A stretch of DNA of 47,185 nucleotides from Bdellovibrionota bacterium. Its GTDB lineage: Bacteria; Bdellovibrionota_C; UBA2361; OMII01. The position numbers and the translations under genes were made by a program. Location: assembly GCA_044356215.1 (NCBI GenBank), contig JBIKWQ010000018.1:1-47185 (forward strand), in the 5' to 3' direction. Positions 39,078 through 47,185 of this stretch are shown here, piece after piece. The notes under the pieces are model-generated. The model did not search any database. It had not been told where the DNA came from and was given only the letters and a program-made list of their open reading frames with translations. Numbering within the stretch: position 1 is the stretch's first letter; each line of letters opens with the position of its first letter.

Positions 39078-39602
39078 CTATAGATCTAACTTTCTTTTAT
39101 CTAATATCTTTATTACGTCCTGAGTGATGTCAATTCGCGGTGCAGCATACAGAACTGCTTGTCGATCTTTCTCAAATACAAACGCGTATTCCTTGTCATC
39201 TGCTATCTCGCCAACAACTTTGTCGATCTCGTCCACTACTTTTTTTATCTCTTTATCATTAGCCTTGGCTAACTGCTCCTGCAGATCTCCGAACGTTCTC
39301 TGCGCCTCTCTCTGCTTCTTCTCAAGTGCCTCGCGCCGCTCCTCAAGGGCGCTACCTGATAGAACCGATGACTGCTTCTGCAGGTCCGCTTTTCCCTTCT
39401 CTAGATCAGATTGAAGATTCGCCATCCGAGCTTTCGCCTTCTGGATCTGCGCCTCTACATTACTCTTAGCGGCTTTGCCTATTATTGATTCATTAACCAC
39501 CTTTTGCACATCAACAATAGCGACATCCTGCGCATAGGCAACCGGACACACGGGCGCTATGAACGCCAAGGCAAAAACAACAAATAAGTCTAGTCTCTTC
39601 AT
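39078..39602 (-). CDS. skp: OmpH/Skp periplasmic chaperone
   Basis: Signal peptide, AIVDVQKV, coiled coil, DITQDVI. Confidence 0.9.
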   Translation of the reverse strand: MKRLDLFVVFALAFIAPVCPVAYAQDVAIVDVQKVVNESIIGKAAKSNVEAQIQKAKARMANLQSDLEKGKADLQKQSSVLSGSALEERREALEKKQREAQRTFGDLQEQLAKANDKEIKKVVDEIDKVVGEIADDKEYAFVFEKDRQAVLYAAPRIDITQDVIKILDKRKLDL

Positions 39603-39696
39603 GCGGGTCCCCGCTCCTCAATAAACCAGGGTAGCGCCTCAATCTACCTGCTCTGAAGCTCACTGTCGAGAGTTAGCTCTGATAAAGCCAGAGAGG

Positions 39697-41742
39697 TCAG
39701 TGCAAGTAGCCATCTGGGGCCGTCACCTCAGGCTTTGAACCCTTGTCTGGACGCTTTCTTTTCTTCCCATTCATTCCGAGGGCATTCTTTAACTCGTCGA
39801 GAGCCTGCCGCTTAAGCCCTGGGGAGAAGCCGGCGTACTCAGGGTCGGTGGCTTCGATCGATTCATTTTCTGGAACTTGGTCTAATTCCTTTTCGGCGCC
39901 TCGGAGCCAACTAGCGGCCAACTCCCTCCATTTAATCTTATCTTCGTCAGTAAACCTACTCTGACCAATAATCACAGCACAAACGGCCATATAATAGAGC
40001 AGCTTCCAACGAATAGCTGAATTAGATCCCGCGGAGAAAAACTGGAGCGAACGTTGAAAATTTAACACCGCCTCCTCTAGCAAGCTCGAATTGCCAGACT
40101 TGCCGATCGCCAGCATAGAAAGACCTGTGAAAGCGTCATTCATCGCCACTTCGTAATGAGCCTGCAGAGACTCAAAGATCCCTCTGGCATCTGACAGATG
40201 CTTGAGGGCACGGACGTGCTCCTCTTGGACAACACTCACGTGAGCTCTTAAAGCCTTAAGCCGTGCCTGAAGTCTCCTGGCCTCCGGATCTCCACTAAAA
40301 ACTCGCAAATCATCTTCAGCCGCGACGATTATTCGCTCGACCTTCTTACCTGTAGAGGCGCGAAGCGCTCCACCACCTCCCACATCACTCATTAACTCTG
40401 CCTGCGCTAAAAGAACTCTCCTCTCGGCCGATAACATAAGCGCATGCCTTTGATCATCTAACTCTACCGCCTCCCCCCATAGCTTCGCGGCAAATTTCCA
40501 CGCTCCCTCTCTCGCTCGGCACAACGCGATGATATGCGCCGCTTGCGCCTGGAACCCTGGCAATCGGTTCTCTCTGAAGAAACGCCTACACCTCTCAGCC
40601 ACCTCTCGCGCCCTCTCGAAGTCTCCGAGCATCTGACAAGCAGCGGCGAGATTAAGCCCAGCTGAGCCAAGAGCCAAATCCGAACCGAGCTGATTTGAGA
40701 CATTACGGGCCCACTCGCGAGCGAGTTTAAAATCTCCCCCACTCATCTCACACTGAAACATCCCCATACCAGCTAGCAAGGACCCATGAAGAAATCCACT
40801 TTCATTCGCCGCCGCTACGCACCTACTCCATAGGCGCCGTGACACTACATTGTGACCACGATCGAGAGCCTCAGAAGCCAGTATGAAAGACGCCTCGAAC
40901 GCACCGGACAGAAACTCATTCTCTATGAATACATCCAACGCTCCGGCTAGACGCTCCCGATCAAAGTCAGCGCGACCACGACAAAGCGCCAACTCAACCA
41001 AGGCCCGAGCTACCCCACCAAGAGCTTGCGCCTCTTGTCTCAAAGACTCTTCAGTGATCTTCTTGGTCTTGTCATCTCCGATGGCTCTCTCCGCTTGGAA
41101 TAGTGCTCTATTCAAATCGAACGCACTCTGTTTGGACAGATCATTTAGGCCATTATCCTCAGCAAAGTCCCGTAGAATCAGACGCGCTGCTAGTGGATCA
41201 GGTGTAGGCGCGTAAAGATAAGTTTTAGCTAGCTCAACCGACACCTGACAAGCGAGATCGCGATCCTTCGATCTCCCGAGATTAGCCAACTCGATTCCGA
41301 GGACCTGCCTCGCTCTTATAATCGCCCCTTGAGGCAGACTTCCGACTCCGACGCAGAGGGCCAGCGCTCGCGAGAGGATCAGGGCTATTCTAACACGATC
41401 GGCTTGAGAGTGACCGGAGCTATTGATCTCAATGTAAAGTTTCTCGAGCCCCGCTAGTGCTTCGCGTTGATCCCCCTCAGACATTAGTTGGCACAGAATT
41501 TTATAAGCAGCGAAAAGGCGCTCTCTACCATCACCCGCTACCATCGCGGCCACACGCTCTGCTAGAGCACGAGCTAACTTAAAGTGTCCGCCATCAATTA
41601 GCACTTCCAACATTTCGACGATGTTCCAAGCGTTCCCTTGATCTTCGTCGTTCTTGACTGCGCCCACTACGCTAACTAGCGAATCGCGTGTCAGCTTCGT
41701 TGAGGGTTTCTGTTTAGGTTTACTATCCGACCGCTCTTCCAT
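39697..41742 (-). CDS. Large alpha-helical (TPR-like) hypothetical protein
   Basis: 681-aa Ala/Leu-rich ORF with TPR-like helices, translationally coupled (TAATG) to the upstream gene. Confidence 0.7.
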   Translation of the reverse strand: MEERSDSKPKQKPSTKLTRDSLVSVVGAVKNDEDQGNAWNIVEMLEVLIDGGHFKLARALAERVAAMVAGDGRERLFAAYKILCQLMSEGDQREALAGLEKLYIEINSSGHSQADRVRIALILSRALALCVGVGSLPQGAIIRARQVLGIELANLGRSKDRDLACQVSVELAKTYLYAPTPDPLAARLILRDFAEDNGLNDLSKQSAFDLNRALFQAERAIGDDKTKKITEESLRQEAQALGGVARALVELALCRGRADFDRERLAGALDVFIENEFLSGAFEASFILASEALDRGHNVVSRRLWSRCVAAANESGFLHGSLLAGMGMFQCEMSGGDFKLAREWARNVSNQLGSDLALGSAGLNLAAACQMLGDFERAREVAERCRRFFRENRLPGFQAQAAHIIALCRAREGAWKFAAKLWGEAVELDDQRHALMLSAERRVLLAQAELMSDVGGGGALRASTGKKVERIIVAAEDDLRVFSGDPEARRLQARLKALRAHVSVVQEEHVRALKHLSDARGIFESLQAHYEVAMNDAFTGLSMLAIGKSGNSSLLEEAVLNFQRSLQFFSAGSNSAIRWKLLYYMAVCAVIIGQSRFTDEDKIKWRELAASWLRGAEKELDQVPENESIEATDPEYAGFSPGLKRQALDELKNALGMNGKKRKRPDKGSKPEVTAPDGYLH

Positions 41743-42419
41743 TAAACCGCCTCTTTAAGATTCTTCTGGGGACACTTCGCTGGTGTATCGTGAAACGCGA
41801 GTACGATGTCCGCCAATTTACCCGCCTCAGAATCAGTGCTAGTCGCGCCCGAGATATCGACATACCAAGCTGTTGGCGCGACACCACCTAGATCCCGAAG
41901 CTCCCTGTTAACAAAACTAGATGCCCGGCTAGTGCTGACGAGTAACATCGGGCAGCGCAGCCGGTGAGCATAAGCTCGTATATTGAAGCTCTTCGATCCG
42001 AGTCGTAGTGGTAATCCAAACGGTAGCCGCGACTCGACGGCGTCAAGCATTCTCTCAAACCGCGTCGGATGCGCCCTGAGAGAGGCGTCAACGATGACCA
42101 ACGTTCTCGCGAGCTTCGCGTTATCGAGGGCGAGATTCTGAACGAGTGCCGCCCCAGCTGCCAGGCCAACAAATGCTCCCTGCTTAATCTTAAGCTCCGC
42201 TAAGAGACTCGCTAACTCATCAGACAAAGGGCGCCAAGAATCCCCCGTAATCTGATCAGACTGAATTACCACCGTCCGAGCGCGACCAGCTATCGCGGCA
42301 GCTATGGCCGCAGCAAGCTCCCCGTAGTTCGGATCGTCAAAGACGACCGCAAAACTCCGGCCTGTCCCCGTATCCGAAAGCAACCTCATCTGTCGTCTAT
42401 CTGCTATGCCCGCGTTCAT
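41742..42419 (-). CDS. Alpha/beta-hydrolase-fold protein, apparently lacking the nucleophile
   Basis: LLAELKIKQGAFVGLAAGAALVQNLA...LVIVD, RLRCPMLLV. Confidence 0.7.
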   Translation of the reverse strand: MNAGIADRRQMRLLSDTGTGRSFAVVFDDPNYGELAAAIAAAIAGRARTVVIQSDQITGDSWRPLSDELASLLAELKIKQGAFVGLAAGAALVQNLALDNAKLARTLVIVDASLRAHPTRFERMLDAVESRLPFGLPLRLGSKSFNIRAYAHRLRCPMLLVSTSRASSFVNRELRDLGGVAPTAWYVDISGATSTDSEAGKLADIVLAFHDTPAKCPQKNLKEAV

Positions 42420-42492
42420 ACGTGATAACTAATCCACTTCACAAGGTACAGAAAGGGAAGATCTTAGTCTATGCCCCCCACCAAACTATTTT

Positions 42493-42696
42493 GCAAGCAC
42501 CTACCAGATTTTTTTGGATCGTTGCTGTCATAGCATCGCTAAATCGGCTATTTTAGTATTTTTTCTTTCTTGTCACCCCCCTAGCCGGGGGTGCCTTTTT
42601 CAGGTGAGTAGTTATTATTTCCAACCCGCCTTGCTGCGCAAAGCCGTCCCTCAGTAGAGTCTAACGTTATTGCGACACGATATGCTTAGTAGTTAC
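42493..42696. mobile_element. Degenerate or nested MITE of the IS66-like-ended family
   Basis: Shares GTCATAGCATCGCTAAATCGGCTAT and TAACGTTATTGCG with 37648-37739. TIR-like GGTGAGTAGTTA (42603) and GCTTAGTAGTTAC (42684-96). Confidence 0.6.
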
Positions 42697-43011
42697 AAAA
42701 AAAAATTAGGCCAAGCCAGCACGGGACCATTCGAGGTTCCTGTAAGTTCTTCTGACGAAAGAGAAGATGGCATATCTCCCAATGAAGTAGAGCGCGAATT
42801 AGTACGTGAGCTGGACTGCGCGAACTACACTACGTGTCTCAAATTAGCCGCCGCGCTAAATTGGGAGAGCTTCACCTGCGAGGGGTGTAACGGCGAGATT
42901 AACCAGAGCCTAACTTGGCGCGCCGGACAGAGCGCTGTTCGGGACAAAGTAGTAAAATTTCTGTGTGGCGGAGGTATGGTAAAAGTCCTGCGAGGAAAGG
43001 AAAAATCGTAA
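42670..43011 (+). CDS. Small Cys-rich hypothetical protein
   Basis: CANYTTC...WESFTCEGC motif. Start uncertain (TTG 42670 or ATG 42682). Confidence 0.65.
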   Translation: MRHDMLSSYKKKLGQASTGPFEVPVSSSDEREDGISPNEVERELVRELDCANYTTCLKLAAALNWESFTCEGCNGEINQSLTWRAGQSAVRDKVVKFLCGGGMVKVLRGKEKS

Positions 43012-43013
43012 GA

Positions 43014-44105
43014 CTAGTAACGCAAATCAAAGTAGATATCAAATATCGCCCCACCCTCTTGTCCAGTACGATAGTCTTTCGAAAGGCCAAAGTTAGGAAG
43101 CACTTCAAGCTGGAGTCTCGCGGAATGGTTCTCCGTAGTGTGGTCCAAAATATATTCGGCTGCAATATGAAGAGTTCCATCCATGCCTCGAACGATAAGC
43201 AATCCTCCCTGAGATGACAGGGTGCTAACTTTCTCTCTAGCAGACTGGGAGAGGTGAACGAGTTTTGCTGGGTCTAAAACATTCCCCTGATATAAAAGCT
43301 TTTGGTCCTTGAAACTAGCTCCGAAGAAGCTTTCAAAGCTCTGCAACGTTCCCAATTTCAAACTCACCTTCTGCCCCCTATCGCCGAACGGGATTTCAGA
43401 TACACTCACCTGCTGGTTAACACTATTGCCCAACTGATAGGTATCAAGGGTCAACGGTCTACTAGCATTAACGAATGACTCATTATTAGAACTAAGTGAA
43501 TGTGGGTAAATAGAAGCTCCTCCGTCAACGATCGCATCCACCGCGCCTAGCGCTCTCGTGACCTTAAAATCGGCAGCTGGAAAGATGCTTGTTTTAAATT
43601 CAGGTACTAGGCTGTACTTCCCTTGCACAGCCTGAAAAGTGACCTTATCCGTTCTCCATCGTTGATCACTCAAGAGCTCAATGAATGAGCTAAGAAGCGG
43701 GTTAGCGTGACTTATACTAAACGCATCAGTTCCCGCGGCAAAGCTAGTTAATGTCCGATCTGTCACTACAGTCCCATTAATAGTTCGACCCGTATTGTCA
43801 TAAGTAATTGCCGCGTGCTTAACCATACCTTGTAATCCATCTAGCGGTCCGATGTAGGTTGAGGTTCCTTTTGGAAATTGATTAGTAAAAATATTTTTAC
43901 TTGATACGCCACCACTTATTGCGCCTGCAATTGATCTCCTAAAATTTTTTTCGCTCATTTCAATTGACACTGATGTCAGAGCATTACTTCCATCCAGACG
44001 GCTAGATGACCCTACTTCACATACTACAGAATCGACGACAATCCGGTCTGTTTCACGCTCCTGAGTCTGTCCTGTTCTTTGTCCGTTAACCTCTTGCCCA
44101 GCCAT
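43014..44105 (-). CDS. Hypothetical beta-rich protein
   Basis: ORF of about 363 aa from ATG 44105 (GAGG RBS). Visibly AT-richer than the core genes. Ends AIFDIYFDLRY. Confidence 0.65.
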   Translation of the reverse strand: MAGQEVNGQRTGQTQERETDRIVVDSVVCEVGSSSRLDGSNALTSVSIEMSEKNFRRSIAGAISGGVSSKNIFTNQFPKGTSTYIGPLDGLQGMVKHAAITYDNTGRTINGTVVTDRTLTSFAAGTDAFSISHANPLLSSFIELLSDQRWRTDKVTFQAVQGKYSLVPEFKTSIFPAADFKVTRALGAVDAIVDGGASIYPHSLSSNNESFVNASRPLTLDTYQLGNSVNQQVSVSEIPFGDRGQKVSLKLGTLQSFESFFGASFKDQKLLYQGNVLDPAKLVHLSQSAREKVSTLSSQGGLLIVRGMDGTLHIAAEYILDHTTENHSARLQLEVLPNFGLSKDYRTGQEGGAIFDIYFDLRY

Positions 44106-44342
44106 AAAACCTCTGTAATACACCCGTTTACCTAGTTCGATGAACAACCGCACGTCCCAGCGATCTGAATCAACTGACGTCTCTATGCGTTATGCGAAAG
44201 ATTTCTTCGATGTGACTTATAACTCTACCGAGTGTCGAATCTCGGAATCAACTAGACTCTCCTCGCATCAGATTTGACTGACTTTGGGTGTTATATCCAT
44301 TTGAATTCTAGGCAGATACGGGTCTTGAGGTGAATCGTTCCT

Positions 44343-45479
44343 TTACAGCACTCTCACCACTCCATCCACCCCAAACTCCACTGCTCGCACATCAAGAGAG
44401 CGAGTTATTCCGTCGGGGTCTATAGTTATCACACCCGACAGGCCCTGATACCCCTTTACAGATAGGAGCCTTTCACGAAGACGGTCTGTCGATATGACAG
44501 CTGCACCTGACTCATTCCTACTCAACCCGCCAGACTCCGCCATGAAGCGTGCGACCAATGTCATCGCGTCATATGATGAGATAGTAGACGTCTCAAATCT
44601 CCAGACTCGACCCACTCGTGATTTAAATTCAACTTCAAATTTTTTTAGCGCGTCATTACGAGGCGCGATAAAAGCCAATCCGAACATTCCCTTGATTGAA
44701 TCTCCGGCCAACTCGCGAAAGCCCGGGCTGGTCGCCGTGTTAACTCCATAAAATTGGGCGCGACTACCGATGTCTCGTAGGTTTCGTGCGGCCAATCCTA
44801 AAGTGTCGTACCCTAAGAGAGCGACAGAACGGACGCCACGGGACTTGACCTTTGTGGCGAAATCGCGGAAGTCAGCGGTTTGTCCGTTGTAGGTTTCGGT
44901 AATCAGCGGCCTCTTATCATGAAGCGCCAGTTCAGCTAGCAAAGCCTTGGCAAGTATCCCCATGAACGGATCCCCATCAAAATACAGCAACGCCAACGGC
45001 AGATCGTTTTTCAAGAGTATAAGTTCGGCCAACTTTCGCCCCATCGACTCAGTGGTCTTAGCGATACAGAATGTGTTTCCCGGTAACTTAGCGGTCTCCT
45101 CATCAGCGTCTAAGGTATCGATCAGGATCACTCCATCACGCTCCGCCTTGGGAGCGACTGCCGCCAAGCCCCCGTAGGTCAAAACAAATATTACACGCGC
45201 GCCTCGGTTGCGAGTCAGATGATTATAGGCCGCCACGGTTTTAGCTGTTATGTACTGATCATCTTCTACCGCCAAGACGAGCTTCTCTCCGGCGATCCCT
45301 CCAGTTGCATTGACCTGATCAATCGCCATTTGAATAGCTGGAACCGAATCAATCCCAAGCACGGCGGCGTTCCCAGTCAAGGGGCCGATCCAGCCTATTG
45401 TAATATCAGCATGGGCTGAGCGCACGCATGCTAGGAGAAACCAAACGGCGACTAGTAGACAACTTCGAATGGGGCTCAT
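44343..45479 (-). CDS. Periplasmic binding protein, Leu/Ile/Val (LivJ/K-like) family, orphan
   Basis: Signal peptide, IGWIGPLTG, INATGGIAG...EDD, DFR, YDAM, YQGLSG. GGAG RBS before ATG 45479. Confidence 0.9.
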   Translation of the reverse strand: MSPIRSCLLVAVWFLLACVRSAHADITIGWIGPLTGNAAVLGIDSVPAIQMAIDQVNATGGIAGEKLVLAVEDDQYITAKTVAAYNHLTRNRGARVIFVLTYGGLAAVAPKAERDGVILIDTLDADEETAKLPGNTFCIAKTTESMGRKLAELILLKNDLPLALLYFDGDPFMGILAKALLAELALHDKRPLITETYNGQTADFRDFATKVKSRGVRSVALLGYDTLGLAARNLRDIGSRAQFYGVNTATSPGFRELAGDSIKGMFGLAFIAPRNDALKKFEVEFKSRVGRVWRFETSTISSYDAMTLVARFMAESGGLSRNESGAAVISTDRLRERLLSVKGYQGLSGVITIDPDGITRSLDVRAVEFGVDGVVRVL

Positions 45480-45523
45480 CTGTTGCTCCAAATTAGTAGG
45501 GCATGATTGTTAGCGTCGGTTTG

Positions 45524-45575
45524 ATTTTACCTTAAGCAATATCTACTTGTCAAATTGTTGATTACGCCGTACACT
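45524..45575. promoter_or_regulatory. Overlapping divergent sigma70 promoters
   Basis: Plus strand: TTGTCA(45547)-N17-TACACT. Minus strand: TTGACA(45553)-N18-TAAAAT. The -35 boxes overlap. Confidence 0.65.
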
Positions 45576-45603
45576 TTTTCTGGACGCTTAGTTTATCCAC
45601 CTC

Positions 45604-46524
45604 ATGCCTCAACGCAAACTAACCAAATTTCCAGACGTATTAAAACGCCACAGGATCGCTGCTGGATATCAGAGCCTCTCTCAAGTAGTGCTCGCCGCGG
45701 AACGTTTAACTAAAGGGGCAAAGGGTCCAAAAGTTGCGCTTTCAAAAACTAAGCTAAATCAATATGAGAACGGGTTAGTCGACACCCTAAAACCTGACAC
45801 CCTCAGGCTCCTAGCTAAATTATACAACATCCCCTTTCAACGGCTGGCGGCTGCTTGGTTTAGTGAGCGTTACGGAATTGACGAGTCGAGTTCAGGGGAG
45901 ATGTCACTATCGCTACCAGAAACAGGCACATTGGAACTCACGGGCGGTAATCAGTGCATTTCGATTATCGGACTAGATTGCTTTAAGCGGAAACAATCCG
46001 AGCTCGCAAAGGGGTCCTACGTAATAATCGCGACGCGACGATTCCTTGATGACACCCCGGTATTTTTTGAGATGGTCGCACGAAATATTTCGCGGGGAGT
46101 GCGCTACCTTTACCTCTGTCCGGAGAGCCATCGAGACCTCTACCGAAATTTAGTTAGCAAGCTAGAGAGCTCTCTCGGAATACGCGGCAAACAGATCGAT
46201 ACAAAGCAGACGTTCTTTTTTAGTAGGCACGATTTTGAATCTCCGATAAATCAGGTGGTGTATGTCGAACCCATGGGAGGACTTACCGGATATATAGGAC
46301 TAACCGACGACGAACTACCTTTGGCATATCAGATCACAACCGAGAGACTCGCGATGAGGATTTTCACTTCGTTATTATCTGCCATAAGAGCTAGTCATGA
46401 TCCTGATTTTATCAAGGAACTCCGCCGGCATGAGGCTGACGTGAGTGAACATTTAAAGGCCAATCAGAGCACTGAGATAATTCGCGAGACGCTGAAAGCG
46501 GCGGGATTAACTCAGCCGAAATGA
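45604..46524 (+). CDS. XRE-family HTH regulator with uncharacterised C-terminal domain
   Basis: LKRHRIAAG...SKTKLNQYENG...TLRLLAKLYNI HTH; C-terminal RNISRGVRYLYLCP. Confidence 0.8.
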   Translation: MPQRKLTKFPDVLKRHRIAAGYQSLSQVVLAAERLTKGAKGPKVALSKTKLNQYENGLVDTLKPDTLRLLAKLYNIPFQRLAAAWFSERYGIDESSSGEMSLSLPETGTLELTGGNQCISIIGLDCFKRKQSELAKGSYVIIATRRFLDDTPVFFEMVARNISRGVRYLYLCPESHRDLYRNLVSKLESSLGIRGKQIDTKQTFFFSRHDFESPINQVVYVEPMGGLTGYIGLTDDELPLAYQITTERLAMRIFTSLLSAIRASHDPDFIKELRRHEADVSEHLKANQSTEIIRETLKAAGLTQPK

Positions 46525-46580
46525 CGACTTCTCTATAGCGTTAGCTAGCTCACTAAGTTGTCGTGGAGCATAGAACTGGC

Positions 46581-46829
46581 AGAACTCCTGCAGCCCGGCT
46601 ACTAGTCAGACCTCCTTAAGCCGGGCTACTAGTTCACCCTCAGTAGCCGGGCTACTAGTTTTTTTCTTCTCCCGGTCGCACCTTCTTTTCACCCTCAGTA
46701 GCCGGGCTACTAGTTTTTTCACCCTCAGTAGCCGGGCTACTAGTTTTTTTCTTCTCCCGGTCGCACCTTCTTTTTCACCCTCAGTAGCCGGGCTACTAGT
46801 TTTTTTCTTCTCCCGGTCGCACCTTCTTT
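46581..46829 (+). repeat. Modular REP-like repeat array upstream of the Y1 transposase
   Basis: A = CACCCTCAGTAGCCGGGCTACTAG at 46635, 46690, 46720, 46776. B = CTTCTCCCGGTCGCACCTTC at 46666, 46751, 46807. T2-T7 linkers. Two degenerate A copies at 46581-46633. Confidence 0.93.
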
Positions 46830-46911
46830 CCAGCAGCGAGCAACTCTCGCCCGCCTGGGAGCGATATAACTAGCGTCTTTAAAATAAATACAGATCCAAG
46901 GAGGATCTCTG

Positions 46912-47185
46912 ATGATAAAATACCATCAAAAAGGCAGTGTGCTATTTATTACCTTCTCTGTTGAGGAAGGGTTGCTTTTTCAAGCCAACCCGCTTTGTAC
47001 GGCCATCATACAGAGCTGCCTCGTGGCGGCATCGAAGCTCTATCCGATCAAAATCTCGCACATGACCGCCGAGGCCACACACTTTCACTCCATGATTACT
47101 GTTTTAGACCCAGATCATGTGCAGGCATTCATTAGGCACTTTAAAACCGAGTCGGCTCATGCGATTAACGCAATACTGGGAAGAA
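46912..47185 (+). CDS. HUH/Y1 (IS200-like, RAYT-type) tyrosine transposase, truncated at the window end
   Basis: AAGGAGG RBS. Open to the edge: MIKYHQKGSVLFITFSVEEGLLF...SCLVAASKLYPIKISHMTAEATHFHSMITV...FIRHFKTESAHAINAILGR, with HUH motif HFH and an N-terminal FIT strand. Confidence 0.8.
   Translation, partial: MIKYHQKGSVLFITFSVEEGLLFQANPLCTAIIQSCLVAASKLYPIKISHMTAEATHFHSMITVLDPDHVQAFIRHFKTESAHAINAILGR

Noticed and set aside
4720..45419. Many 60-220 aa ORFs antisense or out of frame within housekeeping genes (e.g. 35030-35695, 33268-33720, 15179-15619)
   Set aside because: These are shadow ORFs of conserved genes, with no motifs or independent support.
46581..46829. CRISPR array
   Set aside because: The intervening sequences are identical B modules or bare T-runs rather than unique spacers, and no cas genes are present in the window.

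Overview
Bacterial chromosomal window, mostly housekeeping genes on the minus strand. The gene content and the Y1 transposase type suggest a deltaproteobacteria-like (Bdellovibrionota/Myxococcota-like) diderm, which is an inference. It contains pcm-nlpD-tRNA-Arg(CCT)-DnaJ-class chaperone, rimP-nusA-ylxR-infB-rbfA-DHH-truB-purA-yajC-secD-secF, tal-zwf-acyl-CoA dehydrogenase, lolA-rimO-GT2, rlmC, rpsA-etfBA, rpsO-pnp and skp-fabZ-lpxA, followed by an accessory right end. The unusual signal is almost entirely non-coding. (1) A truncated HUH/Y1 (RAYT-like) transposase at the right edge is preceded by a head-to-tail two-module repeat array (A-B-A-A-B-A-B) with variable T linkers. (2) A 147-bp tandem array behind tRNA-Arg has units that each carry a sense and an antisense copy of the tRNA 3' end. 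(3) There are at least three distinct miniature inverted-repeat element families: a 163-bp element with a 9-bp TSD and a perfect 29-bp internal hairpin (two copies, identical over the 105 bp visible), a 251-bp IS5-like fold-back element in CTAG that rewrote the RlmC C-terminus, and degenerate IS66-like-ended relics. Several proteins look catalytically degenerate or extended (HisKA_2 pseudokinase, Ser-less alpha/beta hydrolase, long S15). All calls come from reading the sequence; no database searches were run.
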